A stretch of 64,000 bases of DNA from Acidimicrobiia bacterium (GTDB taxonomy: Bacteria; Actinomycetota; Acidimicrobiia; IMCC26256; PALSA-610). How positions within the stretch are numbered: the stretch's first letter is position 1; every line of letters begins with the position of its first letter. The translations under genes and the position numbers were made by a program. Below the pieces are notes generated by a model. It saw only the letters and a program-made list of their open reading frames with translations, had not been told where the DNA came from and did no database searches. Positions 46,750 to 56,672 of this stretch are shown piece by piece. The DNA lies in assembly GCA_038239145.1 (NCBI GenBank), contig JBBSFB010000009.1:6206-70205 (forward strand), read 5' to 3'.

Positions 46750-47517
46750 TCAGGGTGAATCAGCCGCCGGAGCGGTGTGTTCGGCGCCAAGATACGCGTC
46801 GGAGAGCTCGCCCGCGATGCTTGCCGGTGGACCGGTGTGCAACAGGCGGCCGTGCAGCATGATCCCGGCTCGATCGGCGAGGCCGAGGATCTCGTGCGCG
46901 AACTGCTCGACGATCAGGATCGACAGCCCCGACGCCGCGATCCGGCGCACGTGGTCGTACAGCTCGTCGACAATGATCGGCGCGAGGCCCATCGAGAGCT
47001 CGTCGATGAGGAGCACCGCGGGCTCGGTGGCGAGGGCGCGGGCCATCGACAGCATCTGCTGCTCGCCGCCGGACATCGTGCCCGCGGTCTGCTTGCGCCG
47101 TTCGCCCAAACGCGGGAACTGCGCGAACGCGAGCTCGAGAACGTCGTGGTACGAGTGGCCGGTGTACGTCGCCATCCGTAGGTTCTCGGCAACCGTGAGG
47201 TTCGGGAAGATGCCGCGGCCCTCCGGGATCAGGCACACACCCGCGCGGGCGAGGGCGTCGGACGATACGCCGGTGACGTCGCGTCCGCAGAGCAACACGC
47301 CCCCCGAGCTGGGGGTGATCTGGCCCGACGCCACCGCGAGGGTGGTCGACTTGCCCGCGCCGTTCGGCCCGAGCAGCGCGAACACCTCGCCCGGCATGAG
47401 CTCGAGATCGATCCCGTGCAACACGTCGATCCGTCCGTAGCCCGCGCGCACCGCCGCGAGCTGCAACACGGGGATGGTCGCCTGCGTGTCGTCGGGCACG
47501 CTCGCAAGCGCGGTCAC
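46750..47517 (-). CDS. livF: branched-chain amino acid ABC transporter, ATP-binding protein (LivF-like)
   Basis: Walker A GPNGAGKST, signature SGGEQQML, Walker B LLIDE. GTG start at 47517 gives a GTGA overlap with the livG-like stop. Confidence 0.88.
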   Translation of the reverse strand: MTALASVPDDTQATIPVLQLAAVRAGYGRIDVLHGIDLELMPGEVFALLGPNGAGKSTTLAVASGQITPSSGGVLLCGRDVTGVSSDALARAGVCLIPEGRGIFPNLTVAENLRMATYTGHSYHDVLELAFAQFPRLGERRKQTAGTMSGGEQQMLSMARALATEPAVLLIDELSMGLAPIIVDELYDHVRRIAASGLSILIVEQFAHEILGLADRAGIMLHGRLLHTGPPASIAGELSDAYLGAEHTAPAADSP

Positions 47518-48248
47518 GATGCCGACTTCGCAGTGCCGAGGTACGCGCGTTGCACCGAGGGATCCGCCTGGATCTCCGACGGCGTGCCCTGGGCGATGAT
47601 GCGACCGAAGTCGAGCACGCTGATATACGTGCACGCCTCCATGACGAGCGGCATGTCGTGCTCCACCAGGAGAACACCGAGGCCATCGCGGGTGAGCTCG
47701 TGGAGCAGGACTCCGAGCGCGTCGGTCTCCTGCTCGTCGAGACCCGACGACGGTTCGTCGAGGAGCAACACCTTGGGTTCGGTGGCCAGCGCCCGGGCGA
47801 GCTCGACCAGACGTGCGCTACCTGTCGGCAACGCTTCGACGCGCGTATCGGCCACCGACATGATCCCAACCCGTTCGAGCAGCTCGTCGGCCACGGCTGC
47901 GCAGTCGTAGCGCGAGCTCGCCCACCTGCGCCGCATCTCGAGCGCGACGAGCACGTTCTCGCGCGCGCTGAGGCTGCCGAATGCCTCCAACCGTTGGAAT
48001 GTGCGCGCGATACCGAGCCGGGCCCGTCGGTACGGGCGTTTGCGAGTCACGTCGGCGCCGTCGAGCATGACCTTGCCCCGGCTCGGCGTCTGCAACCCGG
48101 TGATCACGTTGAACAGCGTGGTCTTGCCCGCGCCGTTGGGTCCGATGAGGCCGGTCACGCAACCGGCGGGGACGGAGAACGAGGCGTCGTCGACGGCCAA
48201 CAGGCCGCCGAACTGGACCGCGACACCTTCGACATCGAGCAATCCCAC
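47514..48248 (-). CDS. livG: branched-chain amino acid ABC transporter, ATP-binding protein (LivG-like)
   Basis: Walker A GPNGAGKTT, Walker B LLLDEPSSGL and FGGLLAVDDASF, typical of LivG. GTG start at 48248, 1 nt after the permease stop. Confidence 0.88.
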   Translation of the reverse strand: MGLLDVEGVAVQFGGLLAVDDASFSVPAGCVTGLIGPNGAGKTTLFNVITGLQTPSRGKVMLDGADVTRKRPYRRARLGIARTFQRLEAFGSLSARENVLVALEMRRRWASSRYDCAAVADELLERVGIMSVADTRVEALPTGSARLVELARALATEPKVLLLDEPSSGLDEQETDALGVLLHELTRDGLGVLLVEHDMPLVMEACTYISVLDFGRIIAQGTPSEIQADPSVQRAYLGTAKSAS

Positions 48249-48249
48249 G

Positions 48250-50397
48250 TCATCCGCTCCTTGCCGGCGCGGTCGCCGTTGCCACGCCGCGGGGAACGTC
48301 GGCGCCGATACCGAGACCCCGGTCGACGAGCAGCACATCGGCTTCGTCGAACGGCCGTTGGAGTCCGAGCTCGCCGACCTCCGGCTCCGCGGCTGCGGCC
48401 GTCATCTCTTCGTACTCCTTGCGGGCGTCGTGTCGCCACGGGAGGAGTCGGGCGAAGCCCTCGCCGATGGGAACCACCGCCCCCGACGGGTTCTGGATGA
48501 TGCCGAGCACCGCGAGGCCGGGCGCGAGGTACGTGATGCCGACCCAGAGAGAGATGTGCCAGTCGCTCTGGACGATCACGAGTATGAGCCCGAAGATCCC
48601 GGCGAACAGCGCACCCGCGACGAAGCCGACCCCACCGATGACGAGCGCGAGCACAATGGGCAGACCACTGAGCGCCTCGAAGCCGGTCGAGCCGCTCAGC
48701 TTTCCGGACGACATCGCAAGGAAGGCCCCCGCGAAACCGGCGATCCCCGCCGAGAGCGCGAACACCGCGAGCTTTGTCTCCAGCACGTTCACGCCCACGG
48801 TGACCGACGCGGCTTCGCTATCGCGCAGCGCTACGAGCCGTCTCCCGAACGCGCTGCGCCGCAGCGCGACGATGCCGATCCCGCACAGCCCGAACACCAC
48901 GGTCACCAGGATCAGGAACGACTTGGGCGAGGAGAAGTCGATGCCGAGCAGGTGCACCCGCGCGACATCGCGCTCACCGGGACCCACCGCGAACGGCTGC
49001 GAGAAGAAGACCTCCTCGACCATCGCTGCGAACGCGAGCGTCGCCAACGCGAGATAGAGACCCTGCAGCCGCATGGCCGGGAAGGCGAGGAGCGCACCCA
49101 CCGGAATGGTGACCAGGGCCGCGAGCAACACCGCCCAGATGCTGCCGTGCGCGCCGCCCAACCGGGCGTAGGCGACCGCGCCGATTCCGGCGAACGCGAG
49201 CGGGGCCAATGAGACCTGGCCCGCCCAACCGGTGAGTGGCACCAGCGAGAGCGCGACGAGAGCCGTGCACATCCCGAGCGTGATCCGGTTGACGTTCGTG
49301 GGATCGGTGTTCGAGAGGAATGTGGTGAGCACGACCATGAACGCGACGAGCGCGACCATGCCGATCGTCGTGTCCCGCACCGACGACACCCGCTCGACCC
49401 TCCGCACCGCGTTGATACGGGCGAACTGGATTTCCCCACGCGGCAGCACCAACAAGACGATGAACAACATGATGGTCGGGAGCGCCTCGGGCACGTTCGT
49501 CCAGCGATCGGAGAACTTCAGGAACGAACCCATCCATTGCGTCGACAACGCCAGGATCAGTGCTCCGAGGTAGGTCAGCGGGAGGCTACGCAGACGCCCG
49601 ACCACGGCGGCCGCGAACGCGGTGATGACGAGCAGCGTCAGCACGGTCGGCGACATGTCGGCCGTCTCCGGCGCGAGCAGGATGCCCGCCAGCGCCGCGA
49701 GGGAGCAGCCCAGGGCCCAGGCCACGCTCGAGAGCGCCGTCGAACGGGCGCCGCCCAGCGCAGCCAGCTCGCGATTGTCGACGACTGCGCGCATAGCGAC
49801 GCCGACGCGCGTCCGGAACAGCAGGATCCGGAGCGCGATGGCGAGCGCGATGGCGATGAGGATGACGATGAACCGGTGCCACGTGAGTAGCACCTGACCG
49901 ACGTGTATCCCGCGTCCGGCGAAGAGGAACGGCATCGTGTGCGAGTTCTGCTGGTTCCAGATCATGTTCGCCAGGCCGATCAGCGCGAACATCAGCCCGA
50001 CCGTCACCATCAGCTGCACGACGAGCGGTTTGCCCTGTACGCGCCGCATGACGGCGCGGTCCAGCAGGATCCCGAACAGTGGTGCGAGCACGAGCACGAC
50101 CAGGGGGAGCACGATCAACTGGGGCCAGCCGCGGTCGACGGTGAGCTCCCAGTCGACGTACGCGAAGAACATGCCGATCGCGCCCTGGGCGAAATTGAAC
50201 ACCCCGGTCGTCGTGTACACGACGACGAGCCCGCTCGCCGCCATCGCAATGATGCCGGCGACCGGGAGCGCCAACACGACCAGGTTGAGCAGGCTCGTTC
50301 CGTTGACCGCGTTCCCGGCCCAGGCGGCCTTGCTGACCAAGACGATGAACGCGACCGTTCCCACCCAGACGAGCAGGTTCGACCACCGTTGCGACAA
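48250..50397 (-). CDS. fused LivH/LivM-type ABC transporter permease
   Basis: 715 aa with about 18 TM segments. The two halves resemble LivH (…TTGVFNFAQGAIGMF…) and LivM (…GWAGQVSLAPLAFAGIGA…). Confidence 0.88.
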   Translation of the reverse strand: MSQRWSNLLVWVGTVAFIVLVSKAAWAGNAVNGTSLLNLVVLALPVAGIIAMAASGLVVVYTTTGVFNFAQGAIGMFFAYVDWELTVDRGWPQLIVLPLVVLVLAPLFGILLDRAVMRRVQGKPLVVQLMVTVGLMFALIGLANMIWNQQNSHTMPFLFAGRGIHVGQVLLTWHRFIVILIAIALAIALRILLFRTRVGVAMRAVVDNRELAALGGARSTALSSVAWALGCSLAALAGILLAPETADMSPTVLTLLVITAFAAAVVGRLRSLPLTYLGALILALSTQWMGSFLKFSDRWTNVPEALPTIMLFIVLLVLPRGEIQFARINAVRRVERVSSVRDTTIGMVALVAFMVVLTTFLSNTDPTNVNRITLGMCTALVALSLVPLTGWAGQVSLAPLAFAGIGAVAYARLGGAHGSIWAVLLAALVTIPVGALLAFPAMRLQGLYLALATLAFAAMVEEVFFSQPFAVGPGERDVARVHLLGIDFSSPKSFLILVTVVFGLCGIGIVALRRSAFGRRLVALRDSEAASVTVGVNVLETKLAVFALSAGIAGFAGAFLAMSSGKLSGSTGFEALSGLPIVLALVIGGVGFVAGALFAGIFGLILVIVQSDWHISLWVGITYLAPGLAVLGIIQNPSGAVVPIGEGFARLLPWRHDARKEYEEMTAAAAEPEVGELGLQRPFDEADVLLVDRGLGIGADVPRGVATATAPARSG

Positions 50398-50435
50398 AGC
50401 CGTCTCTCCTTCGCGGGTCTTACGTCGGGCGCGTA

Positions 50436-51845
50436 CTAACCGTGATACGCCTTCGCCGCGTCGATGCTGAGGGTCAGGGCCGGCTTGTTGTCGTCGCAGT
50501 CGAACGTGCCCGGCTTCACCGGATCGACGCGCACGAACTTGCCGTTCTGGACCTGCATTCCGACAAGGCAGGTGCTGCCGACCTTGTTACCGATGTCGAT
50601 CTTCGGCACCATGCCGTTGGCGTCGAAGTCGTGCATGTTGCGGATAGCGGTGAGCAGGTTGGCCCGGGTGATCGAGTTCGGGTTCCCATTGTTCGCCTTC
50701 ATCGCGTCGGACACGGCCCGAGCGAAGATCTCACCGGCAACGAATGCCTGGGCGCCGAAGCCGTCGGGGGTCTTGTCGTACTTCAAGAAGGCGTCGAGAT
50801 CGGCGTTGGCACCCGTGTCCTCGAAGGGCAGGAAGTTGAGCCACACGTACTGCCCCTCGACCGCGCTCCCACCCGACTGGATCAGCCGCTTGTCGTAGCA
50901 CTGCACCGAGCAGTCCCAGACCTTCACTGTGTTGACGCCCTGGACCTGAGCCTCCTTGCGCATCAGCACCATGCCCAGGTAGTCGAGGCCGTTGCGGGCG
51001 TAGGTCGACTTGTCGTTCTTGATCGCCTGCGCGACCTCGGTGTAAGCGGTCTGGATGTCGGTGCCGCTCTTGCCGAACTCGGCGTCGCTCTTGATGCCCA
51101 TCTGGTTCTCGGCCCGGAAGATCGGCATCGACGACGCAATCGTCGAAGCGGTGTCCTTCGGGATCACGAACACACCGTGGAGGGCCGTCGCGCCGTACTT
51201 GTTGAAGTAATAGTCGTACTGCGTGTGACCGACGTGGAACGTGCGCACGCCCGTGCCGCTGTACGGGCACGCCGCGCCGCCCGGGAGCGTCGCGAACGAG
51301 ACGGACGAACACTGCTGGGTCACGTCGGTCTGCAGGACGGCCATGTCCGGGAGACCGGTGACCGCGCCGGCCTTGTCCTTGCAGTTGTTCATGGCGGCGA
51401 CGTTCTGGAAGAACAGCGCGGTGGTGCCGACCATTGCGACGGAGTTTCCGCAGGCGGCTGCGACCGCGTTGTCGGCGTCGGTCGGGCTCAACTTGGAGTC
51501 GGCCTCCTTGACGACCACCTGGCGGCAGGCGAGGCCTCCCTTCGAGTTGATGTAGTCGGCCCAGGCCTTGACCCCGAGCCAGGAGCCCTTGAACAGGCCC
51601 GGACGGAAGCCGTTGTCGACGTCGGCCACGACCGTGACCGTGATGGTCTTGGCGGTCACCCCGACCTCGGGCGCCGTGAGGGTCGTCGTCTTGCAGGCGT
51701 CAGGCGCCGCGGCCGTCGTCGTCGTGCCTCCGAGGCCGCCACCGCCGCCGCCGTTGTTCGTACCGCCGCTCTTGCTGCTCCCTCCTCCACAGGCAGTGAC
51801 AACAAGGACTAAAGCCGTCGCGAGGACGCACCAACGCAGCCGCAT
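50436..51845 (-). CDS. ABC transporter substrate-binding lipoprotein (type I periplasmic binding fold, Liv-associated)
   Basis: ATG at 51845: MRLRWCVLATALVLVVTACGGGSSK (lipobox), a Gly-rich linker and a roughly 420-aa binding domain. First gene of the liv-like operon. Confidence 0.85.
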   Translation of the reverse strand: MRLRWCVLATALVLVVTACGGGSSKSGGTNNGGGGGGLGGTTTTAAAPDACKTTTLTAPEVGVTAKTITVTVVADVDNGFRPGLFKGSWLGVKAWADYINSKGGLACRQVVVKEADSKLSPTDADNAVAAACGNSVAMVGTTALFFQNVAAMNNCKDKAGAVTGLPDMAVLQTDVTQQCSSVSFATLPGGAACPYSGTGVRTFHVGHTQYDYYFNKYGATALHGVFVIPKDTASTIASSMPIFRAENQMGIKSDAEFGKSGTDIQTAYTEVAQAIKNDKSTYARNGLDYLGMVLMRKEAQVQGVNTVKVWDCSVQCYDKRLIQSGGSAVEGQYVWLNFLPFEDTGANADLDAFLKYDKTPDGFGAQAFVAGEIFARAVSDAMKANNGNPNSITRANLLTAIRNMHDFDANGMVPKIDIGNKVGSTCLVGMQVQNGKFVRVDPVKPGTFDCDDNKPALTLSIDAAKAYHG

Positions 51846-51920
51846 AATTTTCCCCCGGGTCGCTTGACGGGCCGAAGCGTACGGACATTGTGCACGTCTG
51901 TCGATCCAGAATTCGGGCAG

Positions 51921-51934
51921 ACGTTCGCGAACGT
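51921..51934. promoter_or_regulatory. perfect 14-bp palindrome in a divergent promoter region
   Basis: ACGTTCGCGAACGT lies in the 230-nt spacer between the liv-like operon (start 51845, minus) and the Rieske oxygenase gene (start 52075, plus). Candidate operator. Confidence 0.4.
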
Positions 51935-52074
51935 TCAGCAAACCGCTGTTCACGGTGGTCGTGGGGCGCGCGTACGGGACGCGCACGCACGCGCAGACGC
52001 TTGCCCCCGCGGTCCAAAGACGCGACGATTCCGGACCCGGGCGCTCCGAGCCGGCCCGGCGAGGAGACGATCAA

Positions 52075-53355
52075 GTGGCCGTCACCATCCCTGCGTCGCG
52101 TTACACGTCGTCCGACTTCGCCGTCCTCGAGCACGATCGGCTCTGGCCCCGGGTGTGGCAGCTCGCCTGCTCGCTCGACCACGTCGCCCGTCCCGGCGAC
52201 TTCCACGAGGTCCGGATCGGACCGCTCTCGGTGCTTCTCGTGCGGGGCCACGATCTGCAACTGCGCGCGTTCCAGAACGCGTGCCGTCACCGCGGGAGCG
52301 CGCTCTGCGAGGGCACCGGCGCCGGGCTCGACGAGATCCGGTGCCCGTTTCACCGCTGGGCCTACGACCTCGACGGGCGGCTCCGGGAGGTGCCGTCGCG
52401 ACGCGAGTTCGGCGGGTTGGGCGGTGACAGCGACGGGCTCGGGCTGGTTCCGGTGCAGGTCGACACGTGGGGACCGCTCGTCTTCGTGAACATCGACCCC
52501 GACGCCGAGCCCTTGGGAGAGTTCCTCGGCGCCGTCCCCGGCGACTGCTCGTGGGCCCGCGTCGACGAGTTCCGCTGCACCGCCGCGGTGTCGATCCCCG
52601 CGCCCTGCAACTGGAAGACCCTCATCGACGGGTTCAGCGAGACCTACCACGTGCAAGGAATCCACCGCGAGATGTTGGCGATGTGCGACGACGTGAACGG
52701 CCCGCAACAGGTGTGGGACCGCCACGGCAAGCTCGTGCAGTCGTACGGCGTGTCGTCACCGCGGCTGCGAGAGCGTCCCGACGATCAAGGCGTGTGGGAC
52801 GCCTTCGTCGAGGTGATGGGTGTACGGGTCGGGAAGCTGACCCAGACCGACCCCGGACCCGCGCCCGAGGTCGCTCCGGGCGGCACGGTGCGCGGCGCCA
52901 TCGCCCAGGTGGTGCGCGAGCGGGGCATCGACGCGGGCCACGACTGGTTCGACGCCCTCGACGAGGGCCGGCTCCTCGACATGTCGCAGTACAACCTCTT
53001 CCCAAACGTCACCGTCTTGGTGTTCGCCGACATGATGCAGGTCGTGCGCGCTCGGCCCGGAGCGACACCCGACGACGCGTTCATGGACGCGTTCTCGTTC
53101 GACCGCGTCGCGCCGAGCGACGCGACTCCACGGTCGAAGCCGTTCGACATCGACCTCCCTCCCGACGAAGAGCTCCCGATCGGCCTGATCCTGAACCAGG
53201 ACTTCGCGAACTTCGCGCGCAGCCAGCGCGGCCTGCATCAGCCCGGCCTGACGCACCTTCTCGTCTCTCCCACCGAGGAGTGCCGCATCGTCAACATGCA
53301 CCAGAACCTCGAGCGATATCTGGATATCAGCCCGACGGAGCTCGGCGAAACCTGA
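52075..53355 (+). CDS. Rieske [2Fe-2S] aromatic-ring-hydroxylating oxygenase, alpha subunit
   Basis: Rieske motif CRHRGSALC...x...CPFHRW and the mononuclear iron motif region ETYHVQGIHREM. GTG at 52075 is preceded by GAGGAG. Confidence 0.87.
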   Translation: MAVTIPASRYTSSDFAVLEHDRLWPRVWQLACSLDHVARPGDFHEVRIGPLSVLLVRGHDLQLRAFQNACRHRGSALCEGTGAGLDEIRCPFHRWAYDLDGRLREVPSRREFGGLGGDSDGLGLVPVQVDTWGPLVFVNIDPDAEPLGEFLGAVPGDCSWARVDEFRCTAAVSIPAPCNWKTLIDGFSETYHVQGIHREMLAMCDDVNGPQQVWDRHGKLVQSYGVSSPRLRERPDDQGVWDAFVEVMGVRVGKLTQTDPGPAPEVAPGGTVRGAIAQVVRERGIDAGHDWFDALDEGRLLDMSQYNLFPNVTVLVFADMMQVVRARPGATPDDAFMDAFSFDRVAPSDATPRSKPFDIDLPPDEELPIGLILNQDFANFARSQRGLHQPGLTHLLVSPTEECRIVNMHQNLERYLDISPTELGET

Positions 53356-53366
53356 GCGGGGACAAC

Positions 53367-54533
53367 CTAAGCAAGCACACAGTGTGTGCCGGTGTAGATC
53401 GTCGGCATGCATTTGTTGCAGTGGATGCACAGGGACTCGCGCGCCGGGTCCTTCTGCCACTCCAGCAGGAGTTCGGGCTCGCGCAGAAGGGCCCGACCGA
53501 TCTGGACGAAACCGAAGCCCTCGTCGAGCGCGTTCGTGACGGTGTCGAGGCGGTTGATACCGCCGAGGAGCACGAGCGGCATCGAGAGCGCGGCGCGGAA
53601 TTGGCGTGCGTAGGGCAGGAAGTACGCCTCTTGGAACGGGTACTCCTTGAAGAACAACCCGCCCGCCAGCTTGATCCCGGCTCTCATGACCCCGGGGAAC
53701 ATGTCGGCCATCTCCGCGATAGGGGCTTCGCCCCGGAACAGGAACATCGGGTTCTCGAAGGAGCTGCCGCCGGTGAGCGTCAGCGCGTCGAGGTCGCCGT
53801 CGGCCTCGAGCATCCGCGCGAACTCGATGCTCTCGTTCAGCCAGAAGCCGCCGCGCACACCGTCGGCCATGTTGATCTTGGCCGTGACCGCGATGTCGGG
53901 GCCGGCGGCGGCGCGCACGGTTCGCACGACTTCGCGGGCGAAGCGGGCGCGGTTGTCGAGGCTGCCGCCGAACTCATCACTGCGCTTGTTCAGGCGGGGC
54001 GAGAGGAACGCGCTCAGCAGGTAACCGTGCCCGATGTGCACTTCGATCGAGTCGAACCCAGCGTCGCGAAGCACACCCGCGCCGTGCGCGTACTGGCCGA
54101 CGATCGTCGAGATGTCGGAAGCCGTGACCGCGCGGGTGCGCCGCATCCCGAGCGGGCTGAACACGCGCGACGGCGCCACCGCGGGAGATTTCGTCCCCAT
54201 GGGGTTCGCCACCGGCCCGGCGTGACCGATCTGGGCGGCAACGGCCGCTCCTTCGCCGTGGACGGCGTCCGTGAGCGAGCGGAGCCCGGGCCCGACGTCG
54301 GGATTGTCGAGGATGATCTGATGCCCGTCCGTCGATCCCGCGCGCGTCACCGCGCAGTACGCGACGGTGGTCATCCCAACTCCGCCCGCCGCGAACCGCC
54401 GGTGGAACTCGATCAGATCCGGCGTGACCACCCGCTTGGGAGTACGCCCCTCGAACGTCGCCGCCTTCACGATGCGATTGCGCAGCGTGATCGGACCGAG
54501 GCGGGCCGGGGCGAAAGGATCTGACTCGACCAT
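53367..54533 (-). CDS. NADH:flavin oxidoreductase (Old Yellow Enzyme family)
   Basis: 388 aa; LRNRIVKAATFEG, DSIEVHIGHGYLLSAFLSP and the C-terminal GRALLREPEL... are typical of the OYE/NemA family. Confidence 0.88.
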   Translation of the reverse strand: MVESDPFAPARLGPITLRNRIVKAATFEGRTPKRVVTPDLIEFHRRFAAGGVGMTTVAYCAVTRAGSTDGHQIILDNPDVGPGLRSLTDAVHGEGAAVAAQIGHAGPVANPMGTKSPAVAPSRVFSPLGMRRTRAVTASDISTIVGQYAHGAGVLRDAGFDSIEVHIGHGYLLSAFLSPRLNKRSDEFGGSLDNRARFAREVVRTVRAAAGPDIAVTAKINMADGVRGGFWLNESIEFARMLEADGDLDALTLTGGSSFENPMFLFRGEAPIAEMADMFPGVMRAGIKLAGGLFFKEYPFQEAYFLPYARQFRAALSMPLVLLGGINRLDTVTNALDEGFGFVQIGRALLREPELLLEWQKDPARESLCIHCNKCMPTIYTGTHCVLA

Positions 54534-54569
54534 GCCCGGACCGTACTCTCAACGCGCCACAATGGCGCC

Positions 54570-54962
54570 GTGGATCTCAACGACTTCTATGACACCGACC
54601 CGCGCCGCCGCGCGTCCGAAGAGCTGGAATTCGGCTCCGACTGGGACGAGGGCGGCGCCCGCACCCAGGTCTCATGGATCGAGGCGACCGGCGAGCTCTA
54701 CGCGATGCGCGACCCGCTCGGCCGCCTCGTCAGCGACTTCATCGGCGACCAGAGTGTGACGCCGGTCGCCGACCAGCAGTTGACGATCGAGGTGCTCGGC
54801 ACGGTCGCGGGCCGCGATGCGATCAGCGCGGTCATGAGTGGCTGGGAAGCGGCGATGGCACCGGCCGACAGCCTCACATGGGTACGCGACCGAGTCGCCC
54901 ATGCTGCAACCGAGTTGCACGACGCGCCTGCGAAACCGTCGCGCGATCTCCCCGCCGGATGA
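54570..54962 (+). CDS. hypothetical protein
   Basis: 130-aa ORF with good GC3 bias. No motif recognised. Confidence 0.55.
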   Translation: MDLNDFYDTDPRRRASEELEFGSDWDEGGARTQVSWIEATGELYAMRDPLGRLVSDFIGDQSVTPVADQQLTIEVLGTVAGRDAISAVMSGWEAAMAPADSLTWVRDRVAHAATELHDAPAKPSRDLPAG

Positions 54963-54986
54963 CTGCCTCGAAAGCGGCGTGAGTGT

Positions 54987-55001
54987 GGGCACATAGTGCC
55001 C
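54987..55001. terminator. short hairpin between convergent genes
   Basis: GGGCAC-ata-GTGCCC in the 44-nt spacer between the 54962 (+) and 55007 (-) stops. No clear U-tract. Confidence 0.3.
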
Positions 55002-55006
55002 TCGAG

Positions 55007-56470
55007 TCATGCCGGTTCGGCTGGGGGTGGGGTGAGCTGCCGGCGTAGGAGTTTACCGACCTCGCTGCGGGGCAACTCGTCGACGCGATGAAACGCAACG
55101 GGCACCTTGTACGGCGCGAGGTGCTCTCGGCACATGGCAACGAGATCGGCGTCGGCGACGATCACCGACGTCACGACGTACGCAACCGGAACCTCACCGA
55201 GCCGGTCATCGGGCGCACCGACGACAGCAGCATCCACGACTTCTGGAACGAGGCGCAGCACCTCTTCGACGTGTTCGGGGAAGACCTTGTTCCCACCGCG
55301 ATTGATGACGTCGCCGGCGCGGCCTTCGATCCACACGAAGCCGTCGGCATCGACGCGCGCCAAGTCGCCGGTGTCGATGAAGCCGTCGACGTCGACGCGC
55401 TCCGCCGCGATGCCGACCGCGGTCGACGGTGGCCGAACGAGCAAGGGTCCGATGACGTCGCTGGTCTCCCCTGCGCCGATCCTGCCCGCACCGATCCTGC
55501 CCGCACCGATCCTGATGGACACGCCGGGGTGGGGGCGGCCGACCGCGCCGATCTTCTCGGGGTGTTCGCGGGCGTCGGCGGCGGTCCAGCCAATGACCTC
55601 GCCGAGCTCGGCCTGCCCGTACCCGTTGAGCACCACGACCCCGAACTTGTCCGTGAACCGGCGCGCCTGCAACGGCGATAGCGGCGCCGTGATGCTACGC
55701 ACGTACCGCAACGGCGCGAGGGTCGCCACGCCGGCTGCATCGGAGAGCATCGCCATCGCTGCTGGCGGGAGCACCGTCGATCGGATCCCGAAGCGTGCGA
55801 CCAGAGCCGCGAAGTCACTCGGATCGAAGCCGTCCATCACCACGATCTCGGCGCCGGCCCGCAGCCCGAAGAGCACGTTGTAGATGCCGGCGTTGAGGGC
55901 GAGCGAGACCGGTACGAGGTTCGGGGAGGGTCGCCGCGCCGCCCGGTCGGCGGCTGCGGCCCGCAGCGGCTCCAGCACCCGGTCGAGTAGCTCGAGGTAG
56001 TTCGTGTGCGTGTGCAACACCGGTTTCGGCGCGCCGGTCGTGCCCGAGGTCCACGTCACGAACGCGACGTCTGCGGCGTACGCCTCCCGCTCCGAAGCGG
56101 GCGCGATGCGCTCGATCCCGGCCGGCGTGACGATCGCTGCGGGCCGGGTCGCGTCCAGCGCGCCCGATCGCTCGCGCTCGGGCGACCGTGCGTTGACGGG
56201 CACGAACACGCCGCCCGCGAGCCAGACCCCGAACATCGCCGTGATCGCGCCCGGACCGTTCGGGAGCTGGACGGCCACTGCCTGCCCCGGCTCGACCCCC
56301 GCCTCGACCAGGGCGCTCGCCAGCTCGCGGGCCGCCGCCCGGGCGGCGCCCGCGGTCATTGATTCCTCGGGCGCGTGTAGGAGAGGCTCGTTGTCCGCGA
56401 AGGGATGATCCACCAGCAAAGCCGCGAGCGTCACTGCACTGACCTGGCCTTTCTTCTGCTCGGTCCCCAC
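55007..56470 (-). CDS. AMP-dependent acyl-CoA ligase (fatty-acid/aromatic acid CoA ligase family)
   Basis: 487 aa; AMP-binding motif TWTSGTTGAPKPV, GYGQAELG, ...TGDLARVDADGFVWIEGR... and a C-terminal ...PRSEVGKLLRR. Confidence 0.87.
   Translation of the reverse strand: MGTEQKKGQVSAVTLAALLVDHPFADNEPLLHAPEESMTAGAARAAARELASALVEAGVEPGQAVAVQLPNGPGAITAMFGVWLAGGVFVPVNARSPERERSGALDATRPAAIVTPAGIERIAPASEREAYAADVAFVTWTSGTTGAPKPVLHTHTNYLELLDRVLEPLRAAAADRAARRPSPNLVPVSLALNAGIYNVLFGLRAGAEIVVMDGFDPSDFAALVARFGIRSTVLPPAAMAMLSDAAGVATLAPLRYVRSITAPLSPLQARRFTDKFGVVVLNGYGQAELGEVIGWTAADAREHPEKIGAVGRPHPGVSIRIGAGRIGAGRIGAGETSDVIGPLLVRPPSTAVGIAAERVDVDGFIDTGDLARVDADGFVWIEGRAGDVINRGGNKVFPEHVEEVLRLVPEVVDAAVVGAPDDRLGEVPVAYVVTSVIVADADLVAMCREHLAPYKVPVAFHRVDELPRSEVGKLLRRQLTPPPAEPA
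55470..55515. repeat. in-frame 15-bp tandem repeat inside the acyl-CoA ligase gene
   Basis: CCGATCCTGCCCGCA occurs twice perfectly (55477-55491, 55492-55506), with partial copies on both sides. On the coding strand it encodes IRIGAGRIGAGRIGAGETS. Confidence 0.9.
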
Positions 56471-56672
56471 CGGTCCCGGCCGCGCGCCGGGGTGTGCCAG
56501 ACCGCCCTGTCCGTGAAAACGCGCGCCGAGCGCCTAGGCTGTGACGGCAGCTGTGTGGTTGATCTCGGCCTCGCACCGCCATTCTTCCACCATCGGCTGA
56601 CAACACTTTCGATCATCTTGCGAGCGCGCGCCGGCGGGCCCAGCGCTCTCGCCGCCGGATGAGGAGACGCAT

